Origin: Spirochaetia bacterium
GTDB lineage: Bacteria; Spirochaetota; Spirochaetia; DSM-27196; Salinispiraceae
Assembly (NCBI GenBank): GCA_038204425.1
Contig: JBBRCZ010000002.1
Span: 64,001-128,000 of the forward strand
Direction: 5' to 3'
Length of the DNA stretch: 64,000 bases
Position numbers and translations under genes: made by a program. Every line of letters starts with the position of its first letter. The first letter of the stretch is position 1. The notes under the pieces were generated by a model. The model made no database searches and was not told the DNA's origin. It saw only the letters and a program-made list of their open reading frames with translations. Positions 10,394 to 21,028 of this stretch are shown here, piece after piece.

Positions 10394-13113
10394 ACTTGTT
10401 CCAGGATGGTCGATAGCGCTCTATAGAGTCTACCAATTAGAGACGCGGCTTTGTCGTGGACGGCCGGATCAACATTGTCCGCCAAGTACTCAAGACTAGA
10501 AATTGTCTCTGACAAGGCAGTCGAGAAGGCCAGCGTTGGTTTAAACCAAAACAGACCATCTTGATTGGTGTACAGCGTCAAAAATCCTAGTTCGCGGTTC
10601 TTTTTGGTTAGTACAGGTGACAAAACATAGGGCAGTTGATTGCACAGTACGGGCAAGTTTTCCCAGATATTGAGCCGTTCTTTACCCAGAATACGGGTAG
10701 GGAGTATCCTAAACGGGTCTAGCCAGCGGCTAATTGACAGAACGCGGCTTAGGCGTTCACCTAACATCAAAAGGCCATGCGGCCCAGTTCCGCGACTGAG
10801 TTTTCCATCTAGGGGGGCAAAGGCTTGTTGCACGAGTTCGTGCGGTAACCATGTGCCCGTGTAATTGCCATCGAGTTTTACCGTACAACGCAAGTTACTG
10901 TGTTGACCGGGTAGCTCACGTGCACTGGCAGAATGCATCAGCCACGTCACATCGTCCCAGTTGAGCACCAAGTTCTTTTTTTTGCCTTTATAGGGTTCCA
11001 TGGCAAAGATTCGTCCAGCAATGCTGACTTGCATAGAAGTGTCACTGGCGCGTACCACTGCCGGACTAGTGTTCTTTTGGGCTTCGCTGGGACTGGAATT
11101 TGCCTGGCTGGCCTGGCTGGCCCGTTGTTCAGGCCGTTGGGCCCTGCTTTGCTTGGTTTCGCGACGGACTCTTTCATAGTAGTCGTTGGCACTCATATTT
11201 TCGCCTGAAATATGGCGACCCTTGGCCTCTTCGTCGTCCATGCGCTGCAAGTTGCGCGAAAGGTCTGGCGAGATACGAGACAACCATTCTTTGCGCAGCT
11301 CGCCAACCGAGCGCGCAAACATGCGGCTTGTTTTTACAATTTCGCCGGCCACAATAAACCGAGGCGTCTGCCTAAACATAACCGAGCCAGGATGAATTTC
11401 AACCTTTTCGGCAGTTAGGCTGCGATACGAGCTGCGGCCTTGTTTAATACAAATGAACTGAATCAGGCCCTTGGCCACCGCACAAATGTAGTCAGCCAGA
11501 CTACCGCCGCTTGAGAGTGGCACACCCAAGCCGCTTATGATTTGTCCCAACTGTTCTTTAACATTGGCAATCTCGGCCATGGCCGATTCGTCAAAAAAGA
11601 ACTTTTCGCAAAACTTAGTTTTGTTTTCGGCTTCACTGTAGGCTTTAAATATCTTGAGATAACTTACAAAGTCACCGCTTTCGTCTCTAAAATGATGGTG
11701 GGCCCGACGGCTTTCTATTTCTTGTCCTTGCGGCAATAGAAATGGATTGTCGCAGCTCAAAAAAGACGTCCCGGTTAAGGCTTCGTCAATAACATCGGGG
11801 TAATTGAGGATAGCCTCTACCAAGATGCGGCTATGGCGTGGAATCAGCGGAAAGAGTGCCATCATAGTACCAATTTTGGACAGACTGTTGTCCTCGTTGA
11901 GGGCTTCCAATAACAAAAGTGTGTCAACTGCGCCCAAGATCCCTTGACGTCCTGGTGATGAAATAAAGTTGAAGCTCTCAAAGTCGCGGATGCCAAGCTC
12001 AGCCATGCGAAGCACAACTTCTGACAAGTCGGTGCGGTAGATTTCCTCTTGGGTAAACAGTGGGCGCGCCTCAAAGTCCTCTTTGCCATACAGGCGGTAG
12101 CAGGTGCCGGGACGAGTTCGTCCGGCGCGGCCCTTGCGTTGGTTGGCACTAGCGCGCGAAATAGGTCGTTGGATCAACGACGAGGTAAAAGTCTTGGGGT
12201 TGTAGTAGTTGAGTTTGGCTTGGCCTGAGTCAATTACTGAGGTAATGCCATCAATCGTTATGCTGGTTTCGGCAATGTTGGTGGCAATAACTACTTTGAT
12301 CTTGCCCCATGGCGCGCTTACGAAGACTTGGTCTTGTTCTTCCTTGGACAAACGACCATAGAGTGGCACGATATGCAGCTTTCTTCTAAAGCTGCTGCCG
12401 CTTAATCCGGTTATTGCACCTTTAATAGTTTTTTCGCCTGGCAAAAATATAAGTATGTCACCGTCGCGCTTCTCTTCAATAACATGTCCAACTACGCCAA
12501 TGACGGCCGCAACAAGTTCGTCGTCGTTGTCATCCTTTAGCGCCTTGTAAACCGTAGAAACGGGGTAGGTGTCGGTTTCTATGCGTACTACTGGACAGAC
12601 ATTAAAATACTCAGAAAAAACTTGGGTGTTGAGCGTGGCGCTAGAAACAATTACCCTAAATTCTGGCCGCTCTTCAATAACACGTTTGAGCAGGCCGAGC
12701 ACAAAGTCAATATTGAGACTGCGCTCGTGAGCTTCGTCGACCATAATCACCGAGTAGGCACTTAGCAAGGGGTCCAACTTGAGTTCTTGCAACAAAATAC
12801 CGTCAGTCATAATCTTTATGCGAGTCGATGGAGTAGTTTTGTCATCAAAGCGCATTTTGTAGGCAACAATGCCAGGGTCAGTTTTTTCTAGTTGAAATTG
12901 AATATAGGAACTAACACTAACGGCCGCAATGCGGCGCGGTTGAGTGACGCCGATTATTCCTCGCTTGTCATACTCCGCTTCATGTAAAATAACCGGTAGG
13001 CCGGTAGTCTTGCCTGACCCGGTGGGGCTCTCTACAACTATAACTGAATGCTGGGACAGGCTTTCCAAAATTTTGGCTCGGTGCTGATAAACCGGAAGTT
13101 CATGTGGATTCAT
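10390..13113 (-). CDS. hrpA: ATP-dependent DEAH-box RNA helicase, HrpA-like
   Basis: TGSGKTT, TQPRRIAA, DEAH, SAT, TNIAETSITI, QRKGRAGR. Confidence 0.92.
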   Translation of the reverse strand: MNPHELPVYQHRAKILESLSQHSVIVVESPTGSGKTTGLPVILHEAEYDKRGIIGVTQPRRIAAVSVSSYIQFQLEKTDPGIVAYKMRFDDKTTPSTRIKIMTDGILLQELKLDPLLSAYSVIMVDEAHERSLNIDFVLGLLKRVIEERPEFRVIVSSATLNTQVFSEYFNVCPVVRIETDTYPVSTVYKALKDDNDDELVAAVIGVVGHVIEEKRDGDILIFLPGEKTIKGAITGLSGSSFRRKLHIVPLYGRLSKEEQDQVFVSAPWGKIKVVIATNIAETSITIDGITSVIDSGQAKLNYYNPKTFTSSLIQRPISRASANQRKGRAGRTRPGTCYRLYGKEDFEARPLFTQEEIYRTDLSEVVLRMAELGIRDFESFNFISSPGRQGILGAVDTLLLLEALNEDNSLSKIGTMMALFPLIPRHSRILVEAILNYPDVIDEALTGTSFLSCDNPFLLPQGQEIESRRAHHHFRDESGDFVSYLKIFKAYSEAENKTKFCEKFFFDESAMAEIANVKEQLGQIISGLGVPLSSGGSLADYICAVAKGLIQFICIKQGRSSYRSLTAEKVEIHPGSVMFRQTPRFIVAGEIVKTSRMFARSVGELRKEWLSRISPDLSRNLQRMDDEEAKGRHISGENMSANDYYERVRRETKQSRAQRPEQRASQASQANSSPSEAQKNTSPAVVRASDTSMQVSIAGRIFAMEPYKGKKKNLVLNWDDVTWLMHSASARELPGQHSNLRCTVKLDGNYTGTWLPHELVQQAFAPLDGKLSRGTGPHGLLMLGERLSRVLSISRWLDPFRILPTRILGKERLNIWENLPVLCNQLPYVLSPVLTKKNRELGFLTLYTNQDGLFWFKPTLAFSTALSETISSLEYLADNVDPAVHDKAASLIGRLYRALSTILEQV

Positions 13114-13254
13114 GCATAATAGTGTAAACGCTTGCGACTTGGTTGTATACGGGCCGTAGGGAAGGCCATTTTTGCTACTTGGCTTGAAATTTGGTAACCT
13201 TGCTTCTATTCTTACTGTCTATATGTCGTTAAACAAAAGAAATAGAGGAACGTT

Positions 13255-15321
13255 ATGAATACAAAAATCATAAAGACAATAATAACTGTAGTACTTAGTC
13301 TTGGCGTGCTGGTGCCAATTTTTTCTCAACAATTGTCACAAGGTTTGTCAGCTCAGCAAGTCAGCCTAATCAAGGCAAGTGTTTTTGAAGTGGTAATTAA
13401 AAAGCCTTTTGACAATCCTTATACAGCTGATCTTAAAAAAAAGCAGGGCCGAGAGGCTCAGATCCGCCTTGACCCCTTGGTTTACGACCAAGAACTGGCT
13501 TGGGATTTGGTAGACTTTAAGACCAGAACCGATGAATATATTTCAGTCGGGACCGCCTTTGCGAGTGCTCAAAACCGTTACATAACAGCTGCTCACGTGC
13601 TTAATTTGGAGTCTGCCACCCAGTGGAATGACTACGCTATCCGGGACAGCCAAGGCAAAGTTTTTGTGATTGATCAGGTCAGTCGCTATTCAAATCATCG
13701 TGACTTTGTCGAATTTTCGGTTATTGGCCGCAGCGACAAGAATTTTTTGCCTTTTAATACCGAGTTTCAACTCAACAGTACCGTATTCGCAGTCGGCAAC
13801 GCTCTAGGTGAAGGAGTAGTTATCCGGGACGGACTTCTGACTTCCCAAACCAAAGAAGCAGAAAACGGAGAATGGGATTTTTTGCGCTTTTCGGCTGCGG
13901 CCTCGCCGGGCAATAGTGGGGGTCCCTTGCTCAACAACAAGGCAGAAGTAATTGGCATCGTATTGCGAAAAAGCGCCGACGAGAACCTCAACTTTGCCCT
14001 GCCAATTGCTGAGATGGAGGCCATCAAACCCAATATTGCAGCCTATCATCTGTTTACTCGTTACCGCCTCTTAGTAACTGATAGGGTGTTTGGGCCTTAT
14101 CGGGTAAACAAAGATTTTGGCCTGCCGCTCAATTATAGAGAACTTCGGAAGCAAATTTACAGTTACTATCAAGGCGAAAGCCGGGGCATAGTTAAAAAAG
14201 TTCTGGGGCAATATCAAGCTAATCTCTTTCCAAAAGGACGTGGTTCGCGCTCGTTGTTTCATCTCAATTCGAGCTTCTTTTATCCGGCTCTGGCAGGAGA
14301 GAACACCGCTGATGGCAACTGGGATGCCTTTACACCTAAAGATATTAAGTCTTCTTTGCTTGACGACAACGGACAAGTTCGCTACGGTTCTATCAGTAAC
14401 TTGGGCTCCTTTGCGTTTACCAAGCCAAACAAGCAGCCGCTTAAAGAGCTCCTGGATGACTCCGCGCTGTTTATGAAGCAGTTTTTAACCGCCTTTCCAT
14501 TAAACCGCAATTTTGCTGGTACCAATGTGCGCATCACCGACATGGGTGCTCCTCAGACTCGGGTTACCCACAAAGATGCTTTTAAGCGAACCTGGCTGCT
14601 TGAGACGTGGAACCTAGAGTTCCAAGACAACAAGTTATTGATGGCTTCTTTGCCCACGCCATTAGGCCGGGTTGGTATGTTCTTTCTTGGACCAAGTGGT
14701 GCGATGGATGCCGACTACCTGTCCGATCTCAAGATCTACCTTGACTTAGTCTTTTATAGCTACGGTGGCACTTTTGCCCAATGGCGAGAATTTTTGGCCT
14801 TAAAAGAATATCTACCAGCTTGTTTTGAAGGTTTTTCTATAGATTATAAAGCACAAGAGCGGGCGGTGATTGCAAGCCCCGCTTTTTCCGTAAACTACGG
14901 CAGTGATTTGCTCAAGATTTCTGACAACAGCTACTGCGTTGCCAGAGTTAATTACTTCCCCAAAGGCGACGATGTTGTTTGGGATATTCAAGCTCTTACC
15001 GTTTGGTCGGACAAAGACGAATCCAACTTTTTTAACGTGGTCAGACGTTACAGCCCAGAATCGACATTGCCTGATTCTTTTCGAGCCGAATGGAAGAAGT
15101 TGAGCAACGCATCCTATCCCTACAACAAAACTACATTTGTTGACAACGGTAATTCGTATATTACCCAAGTGCACCCCGACAGTAGGGACTTGATGAGCAA
15201 GGTGCGCTCACAAGATGTGATTTTCTATACGGTCATGTACGGAGATGAGGGCCAAGTTGATAGTTTGCGTATGGGAGAGGCTATGTCCAAAGTAGAAGCC
15301 GCCGTAAGCTTTAGACAATAG
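13255..15321 (+). CDS. Secreted trypsin-like (S1) serine protease with long C-terminal region
   Basis: Signal peptide; ITAAHV (His), RDF (Asp), PGNSGGPL (Ser). Confidence 0.85.
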   Translation: MNTKIIKTIITVVLSLGVLVPIFSQQLSQGLSAQQVSLIKASVFEVVIKKPFDNPYTADLKKKQGREAQIRLDPLVYDQELAWDLVDFKTRTDEYISVGTAFASAQNRYITAAHVLNLESATQWNDYAIRDSQGKVFVIDQVSRYSNHRDFVEFSVIGRSDKNFLPFNTEFQLNSTVFAVGNALGEGVVIRDGLLTSQTKEAENGEWDFLRFSAAASPGNSGGPLLNNKAEVIGIVLRKSADENLNFALPIAEMEAIKPNIAAYHLFTRYRLLVTDRVFGPYRVNKDFGLPLNYRELRKQIYSYYQGESRGIVKKVLGQYQANLFPKGRGSRSLFHLNSSFFYPALAGENTADGNWDAFTPKDIKSSLLDDNGQVRYGSISNLGSFAFTKPNKQPLKELLDDSALFMKQFLTAFPLNRNFAGTNVRITDMGAPQTRVTHKDAFKRTWLLETWNLEFQDNKLLMASLPTPLGRVGMFFLGPSGAMDADYLSDLKIYLDLVFYSYGGTFAQWREFLALKEYLPACFEGFSIDYKAQERAVIASPAFSVNYGSDLLKISDNSYCVARVNYFPKGDDVVWDIQALTVWSDKDESNFFNVVRRYSPESTLPDSFRAEWKKLSNASYPYNKTTFVDNGNSYITQVHPDSRDLMSKVRSQDVIFYTVMYGDEGQVDSLRMGEAMSKVEAAVSFRQ

Positions 15322-15376
15322 GTACCTGCGCGCTTAAGCATTGCCCCAGTCAATACGGCCTGCTATAATGCGCGAC

Positions 15377-15979
15377 ATGGAAACTGTACTCAATTATAGA
15401 CGGTCAACTGGCCGCTGGGCGCTGATACTGACCGTTCTTATCGCAGGTACGGCCGTATTGGTTCTGCAATCAGTTATTTTAGCCATTTTAGCACCGGCCG
15501 GTGTGGATCGTTTGCTCGCTTTGCAGCTTAGTTTTGATGGGGCAACCTTTAATGCGATCAAGACAGGCCTTTCTCAAGTGGGAATTGATGCCATAATGGC
15601 GCATTTCCCCTTTGACTTTGTCTTGATCTTCTTCTATGCGGCTGGGGGTTTTGCTCTCATGTCGCTGATTATGACTCCCAAACCGCGCGCTATGGACTCT
15701 TTGTCAGTGTTGCATCGCGTTAGCTTAATTCGCGCATTTAGGGGTTTGCGAAGAGTTCAGGGTTTACGCATTTTGCCCATCTTGGCGGCTCTTTGCGACA
15801 TCGTCGAGAACGTACTTGAGATTGGCCTGCTTAAAAACATTGTACCGGCTATGGATTCTACTGTTTTGCCAGCTACCTTGCTGTCAATTTCTAAATGGTC
15901 GTTTCTTGCGCTGGCTTGCATTGTAGGATTGGCCAGCATCTGGTACCGCATCAAACATCGCCATTTCGTTCGCAAATAA
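15377..15979 (+). CDS. Hypothetical integral membrane protein
   Basis: About 4 hydrophobic segments; D..F..FY and AALCDIVEN motifs. Confidence 0.75.
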   Translation: METVLNYRRSTGRWALILTVLIAGTAVLVLQSVILAILAPAGVDRLLALQLSFDGATFNAIKTGLSQVGIDAIMAHFPFDFVLIFFYAAGGFALMSLIMTPKPRAMDSLSVLHRVSLIRAFRGLRRVQGLRILPILAALCDIVENVLEIGLLKNIVPAMDSTVLPATLLSISKWSFLALACIVGLASIWYRIKHRHFVRK

Positions 15980-16021
15980 TTCGCCTAGCACATTAGTCTA
16001 GGGCCCAACAAGGAGCATCTC

Positions 16022-17713
16022 ATGGCAGCACCCAGCAATGGTGAAGACAAAAAAATCATCTATTCAATGTACAAGGTCAGTAAGCACCACGGTACCAAGC
16101 AGGTTCTCAAAGACATAAGCTTGTCATATTTCTACGGCGCCAAAATAGGCGTGATTGGTTTAAACGGTTCGGGCAAGTCCAGCGTCTTACGTATTCTTGC
16201 CGGCGTCGACCAAGAGTTTATGGGCGAAACAACGCTCAGTCCAGGCTTTACGATTGGCTATTTAGAGCAAGAGCCCGTCTTAGCCGACGGAAAAACCGTC
16301 AGAGAAATTGTACAGGAGGGTGCGCAAGAAACGGTTGACCTTCTGGCAGAATTTGATCGCATCAATGAAAGCTTTGGTGACCCCGATGTGGACATGGACA
16401 AACTTCTTGAGCGACAAGGCAACGTGCAAGAAAAACTCGATGCTCTTGACGCTTGGGACCTCGACAGTCGCCTAGACCTGGCTATGGACGCTTTGCGTTG
16501 TCCACCTGCCGATCAAGTCGTTGATAACCTCTCAGGTGGTGAACGCCGCCGCGTGGCTCTGTGCCGACTTTTACTCAAGAAACCTGACATCTTGCTGCTC
16601 GATGAGCCAACCAACCACTTGGATGCCGAGTCTATCGCTTGGCTTGAGCGCCATTTGCAGCAATATGCCGGTACCATTATTGCCGTTACTCACGATAGAT
16701 ACTTTTTGGATAACGTAGCCGGCTGGATACTTGAGCTTGATAGAGGCGAAGGCATTCCATGGAAGGGCAACTATTCTGGCTGGCTTAAGCAAAAGCAAGA
16801 AAAGCTTCGCTCAGAAGAAAAGACGGAAAGCGAGCGCCAAAAAACTTTGCAAAGAGAGTTGGATTGGATCGGTATGAGTCCCAAGGGGCGCCACGCTAAG
16901 GCCAAGTCTCGTATCAGCAACTACGAAAAACTCTTGTCACAAGGTGGCGCCGATCGGCAAAAAGACCTCAATTTATTTATCCCCGCGGGCCCTCGCCTTG
17001 GCAACATAGTAATTGAGGCCGAAGCACTGCGCAAAGCCTATGGGGACAAACTTTTATACGAAAACCTTAACTTTCAACTACCACCCGGTGGCGTGGTTGG
17101 CATAATTGGCGCCAACGGAGCAGGTAAAACCACCCTGTTTAAGCTGATAACGGGTGCAGAAAGCCCAGACGGCGGTAGCATTCGCATTGGCGAAACCGTC
17201 AAGTTGGCCTATGTCGATCAACTTCGCGGCCAGCTTGATCCCAATAAGTCGGTTTGGGAGATGATTTCAGAAGGCAACGACATCATTAAGCTTGGTGGCC
17301 GTGATATCAACAGTCGCGCCTTTGTAAGTTGGTTTAACTTTAACGGTTCTGACCAGCAAAAAAAAGTCGGCGTGCTCTCAGGTGGCGAACGCAACCGTGT
17401 CAACTTGGCCATGATGGTAAAGTCTGGTGCCAACCTAATTCTACTCGACGAACCAACCAACGATCTTGACGTCAATACCATGCGTGCTTTGGAAGAGGCA
17501 CTTGATGAGTTTGCCGGCTGCGCGGTGGTAATCAGCCACGATAGGTGGTTCTTGGATCGCATCTGCACGCACATATTGGCCTTTGAAGGTGAGTCGCAAG
17601 TGGTATGGTTTGATGGCAACTATTCTGAATACGAAGAAGCGCGTCACAAGCGTCTAGGCTCAGATGCTGACAGGCCACACCGTTTGGTTTATAGAAACTT
17701 AACACGCGACTAG
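16022..17713 (+). CDS. ettA: Energy-dependent translational throttle protein (ABC-F)
   Basis: Two ABC domains, no TM; LKDISLSYFYGAKIGV, GNYSGWLKQK, PAGPRLG; 563 aa. Confidence 0.96.
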   Translation: MAAPSNGEDKKIIYSMYKVSKHHGTKQVLKDISLSYFYGAKIGVIGLNGSGKSSVLRILAGVDQEFMGETTLSPGFTIGYLEQEPVLADGKTVREIVQEGAQETVDLLAEFDRINESFGDPDVDMDKLLERQGNVQEKLDALDAWDLDSRLDLAMDALRCPPADQVVDNLSGGERRRVALCRLLLKKPDILLLDEPTNHLDAESIAWLERHLQQYAGTIIAVTHDRYFLDNVAGWILELDRGEGIPWKGNYSGWLKQKQEKLRSEEKTESERQKTLQRELDWIGMSPKGRHAKAKSRISNYEKLLSQGGADRQKDLNLFIPAGPRLGNIVIEAEALRKAYGDKLLYENLNFQLPPGGVVGIIGANGAGKTTLFKLITGAESPDGGSIRIGETVKLAYVDQLRGQLDPNKSVWEMISEGNDIIKLGGRDINSRAFVSWFNFNGSDQQKKVGVLSGGERNRVNLAMMVKSGANLILLDEPTNDLDVNTMRALEEALDEFAGCAVVISHDRWFLDRICTHILAFEGESQVVWFDGNYSEYEEARHKRLGSDADRPHRLVYRNLTRD

Positions 17714-17760
17714 TTGCGCTTAACTGGAAGCTTATGGTCAAGCGTGCTATACTCGTTAAA

Positions 17761-17973
17761 ATGAACGAAGCTGCACGCTTAGACTATCTAGAATCCCAGT
17801 TTAGCCACCAACAAAAAACCATCGACGACCTCAGTTCGCAGGTCTTTGAGCAGCAGAAGTCGATAGCAAGTTTGGAAACTCAGGTGCGTCAATTGGTGCA
17901 GCGTGTCAAAGACCTTACGCTCGATGACGGTTCTCAAGCCATGAGTGCCAATCAAAGGCCACCGCACTATTAA
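17761..17973 (+). CDS. slyX: SlyX family protein
   Basis: RLDYLESQFSHQQKTIDDLS coiled coil; C-terminal RPPHY. Confidence 0.9.
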   Translation: MNEAARLDYLESQFSHQQKTIDDLSSQVFEQQKSIASLETQVRQLVQRVKDLTLDDGSQAMSANQRPPHY

Positions 17974-17975
17974 AG

Positions 17976-18404
17976 TCAGAGCGCAGCTGCCTGCTCTTTT
18001 TGCAGCAGGTGATTGTTCCATGCTTCAATAATCTCTGGGCACGGACCAGGCCTACCATTGACCAAGGTTGCGGCAATTACCTGAGCCACTATACATGTTT
18101 CTTGCTTTGGCAAGCGCACAATCTCTTGACTAAAGACAAAGCGCAGCCTGCCCATGGCCTGCATACTGGTGCGCACTTCAAAACGATCGCCCGAGCGCAA
18201 ACTGTTTTTGTAGTCTATTTCTATGCGCACCACTACTGGATCAACTCCACGTTGATGGAGCAGGTCAAAGTCGACGCCAATCTCTTTGATGCAGCTGTGG
18301 CGAGCGTGTTCAAGATAGTTCTGATAGACCGAATTGTTGACAATGCCTTGCAAGTCAAGCTCGTAATCGCGGACTTCCATTTCTAGATGATGAATATAGG
18401 ACAT
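17976..18404 (-). CDS. Acyl-CoA thioesterase (4HBT/YbgC family)
   Basis: VRDYELDLQGIVNNSVYQNYLEHAR. Confidence 0.92.
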   Translation of the reverse strand: MSYIHHLEMEVRDYELDLQGIVNNSVYQNYLEHARHSCIKEIGVDFDLLHQRGVDPVVVRIEIDYKNSLRSGDRFEVRTSMQAMGRLRFVFSQEIVRLPKQETCIVAQVIAATLVNGRPGPCPEIIEAWNNHLLQKEQAAAL

Positions 18405-18420
18405 AACCCCATTATGCCTG

Positions 18421-20673
18421 TCAAACCAGCCGACAATCAAGCACCACAATCACAGTCTCCCAGTCACACGTTGCACCCGAAACCGACTCATGCAGAGCCT
18501 TGCCAAAACGTTCAAAGAGCTCCGTCCCCAGCGTTTGTACCATAAAGTTGCCATACGAATTGAGGCGGCTGGTACTGAGCCAGGCTTCCAATTGGGCTGG
18601 CACCATTCGACGCTTGCGCTGCAAAGTCATCTGTTCATGCCAGACCAACTTCCATCCTGATTTTGCCAGCTGATCACTTAAATTTTGCACACTAGCTTGA
18701 CTGGCACGAAAATCCTGCTCAGCACGGACAAGTTGCTCAAGCTCAAGCTCGCGCATGCTTGACCTCGACAATAGACTCACAAGGGAAGTCCCTGCGGCAT
18801 TGAGTGGCTCAGCCAGCACCATCTGACAAGAGCTATCACAGACCGTGGCCAGTCTGGCAACAAGCCCGTTTTCGTTGTGACTTGTTAGCGTTCGCCAGCC
18901 GGCAATGCGCTCTGGTTTGCCGTTGTTGAAGCTTAGCTCGCTTTCAACTGGGCAGCTTTGCCAGCTTGGGGCCTGATCTTTGAGAACCTGCGAAGCCAAA
19001 CGTGCTTGACCAAGTATATTGTCGGCGCGCTCAAGTTTGGCTTCACTGGCGACAAGATACAGAAATCCAGAGCTGACGGTTCGTAGGCCTTCACTGGCTA
19101 CGATCTCAAGATCCTCGCCGCAGACCACGAGTCTCTCATGACCCTGCAGGGCAAGTTTTTGAAAAACCGCGTCTCTGACTTGCAAAATCCAAGACTCCAT
19201 ATCTGCGTTACTACGGCGCAAAAAATAGTCAAGAGAGGCGTCTTTGGGTCCAGCCGAGCGCAGCTGTTCGTCCTGGAGCTCTTCATTGCTGGCCGCCAAG
19301 GCAAGTTGAACTTCGCGCCGCCTTGCAAGCTCAGTTTGTCGTTCGCCCTCCCAGCCAAGTGGCCCACTTTGATAGAAAACACGACCGCGCAAATAGTGGG
19401 GTAGGTACTCTTGGGCTACCCAGTGCTCTTGGTAAGCATGCGGGTAACGATATCCTTTGCCATGGCCGAGCCCGTCACCATCGCGGTTGCCGTCTTTTAG
19501 GGATAGTGGTACTTGGTGGGCTGTTTCTTTTTCCAGAGACTTAAGTGCATCAAAATAGCCCATCGTACTATTGCTTTTGGGGCATAAACACAAGTAAAGC
19601 GTGGCTTGGCTCAAAAAATACTGACCTTCGGGAAGTCCAACTCGGTCAAAGGCAGCAGCCGCCGATTCCACCTGAGCCAGAGCCTGGGGCTGGGCGAGCC
19701 CAACATCTTCTGAGGCGAGTATCATCAAGCGGCGCAGTATAAATCGAGGGCTTTCGCCGCCATTGACCATCCGTGCTAACCAGTAGAGGGCCGCATCTGG
19801 GTCGCTACCTCTGACACTCTTGATAAAGGCCGAGATGCTATCAAAGTGGTAGTCGCCATCTTTGTCATACAGCACTGCCTTGCGTTGGATGCTTTCCTCG
19901 GCGCTGGCCAAATCTACTACAATTGCTTGATCGTTTTTGGGTGGAAAACCGTCTGGGTTGGTTTCTACCGCCAACTCGATTGCGTTGAGCAAACTGCGCG
20001 CATCGCCTGATGCCGTTCTTACCAAATGCTTGAGGGCATCATGCTCGATGCTGACTCGATACTGCCCATAACCACGCCCTTTGTCGGCCAAGGCTTGAGC
20101 TGCAATTTTTTCCAAATCGTCTTCGCTCAAAGCCGTAAGTTGAAAAATACGACTGCGAGACACCAAGGCAGCATTCACCTCAAACCAAGGATTTTCGGTT
20201 GTAGCACCCACCAAAACAAAGGTTCCATTCTCAACCCAAGGCAGCAAGGCATCCTGCTGAGCTTTGTTCCAACGATGTACCTCGTCTACAAAAAGTATCG
20301 TGCGTCGTCCGTAAAGATCCTTCTGCTCACGGGCCTGAGCTATAGCCTCGCGGATCTCTGCCACACCTGCTAAGACGGCGTTGATGCTTAAAAACCCGCT
20401 GGTAGTAGAGTTGGCGATTACCCGCGCAAGGGTCGTTTTTCCGGTTCCAGGCGGACCCGACAAGATGATGCTGGTCAGTTGGTCGGCAGCAATTGCTCGG
20501 CGCAAGAGCCGCCCAGGTCCAAGAATATGGTCTTGACCAACATACTCGTCGATGGTTCGTGGACGCATGCGAGCGGCTAATGGTTGGTCATGTGCGGGGC
20601 TGGACTCAAAAAGTCCCTTGTCTGTGGATTTCATGCTGCTTGCAGTGTATTCTCCAAGGCTTGCCTGAGACAA
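18421..20673 (-). CDS. rarA: Replication-associated recombination protein A (AAA+) with long C-terminal extension
   Basis: PLAARMRP, GPPGTGKTT, DEVHRWNKAQQD, ATTENP, SAFIKSVRGSDPDAA, ASEDVG, GYRYPH. Confidence 0.93.
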   Translation of the reverse strand: MSQASLGEYTASSMKSTDKGLFESSPAHDQPLAARMRPRTIDEYVGQDHILGPGRLLRRAIAADQLTSIILSGPPGTGKTTLARVIANSTTSGFLSINAVLAGVAEIREAIAQAREQKDLYGRRTILFVDEVHRWNKAQQDALLPWVENGTFVLVGATTENPWFEVNAALVSRSRIFQLTALSEDDLEKIAAQALADKGRGYGQYRVSIEHDALKHLVRTASGDARSLLNAIELAVETNPDGFPPKNDQAIVVDLASAEESIQRKAVLYDKDGDYHFDSISAFIKSVRGSDPDAALYWLARMVNGGESPRFILRRLMILASEDVGLAQPQALAQVESAAAAFDRVGLPEGQYFLSQATLYLCLCPKSNSTMGYFDALKSLEKETAHQVPLSLKDGNRDGDGLGHGKGYRYPHAYQEHWVAQEYLPHYLRGRVFYQSGPLGWEGERQTELARRREVQLALAASNEELQDEQLRSAGPKDASLDYFLRRSNADMESWILQVRDAVFQKLALQGHERLVVCGEDLEIVASEGLRTVSSGFLYLVASEAKLERADNILGQARLASQVLKDQAPSWQSCPVESELSFNNGKPERIAGWRTLTSHNENGLVARLATVCDSSCQMVLAEPLNAAGTSLVSLLSRSSMRELELEQLVRAEQDFRASQASVQNLSDQLAKSGWKLVWHEQMTLQRKRRMVPAQLEAWLSTSRLNSYGNFMVQTLGTELFERFGKALHESVSGATCDWETVIVVLDCRLV

Positions 20674-20697
20674 GACTTATGACTAAGCTCTTGTCTT

Positions 20698-21015
20698 ATG
20701 AAAAAAGAAACAATTTATAGCTCTGCAATGGCGCTGCAATGTTTACCCTTGTCAGGTGGCGATCAAGCCCATGCGCATGGATTGGTTGATAAAGCGATAG
20801 AAGTATTGGATCAGTCAGGTTTGGCATATACTGTTGGGCCATTTGAAACAGTAGTAGAAGGTCCGCTGGAAGAACTCTTTGCCTGCGCGGCCAAGGCGCA
20901 CCAAGCCATAATAGATGCGGGAAGTCCAGTGGCAAGTTACATTAAGATATTTTCTTCACAAGAGCTGGCGTCGAGTCAGCAAAAAACTGCCAAATTTCGC
21001 GCTCAAGGACATTAA
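20698..21015 (+). CDS. Thiamine-binding protein (YkoF/MTH1187-like)
   Basis: ALQCLPL...VDKAIEVLDQSGLAYTVGPFETVVEG. Confidence 0.8.
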   Translation: MKKETIYSSAMALQCLPLSGGDQAHAHGLVDKAIEVLDQSGLAYTVGPFETVVEGPLEELFACAAKAHQAIIDAGSPVASYIKIFSSQELASSQQKTAKFRAQGH

Positions 21016-21028
21016 AAGTCATGCACAG

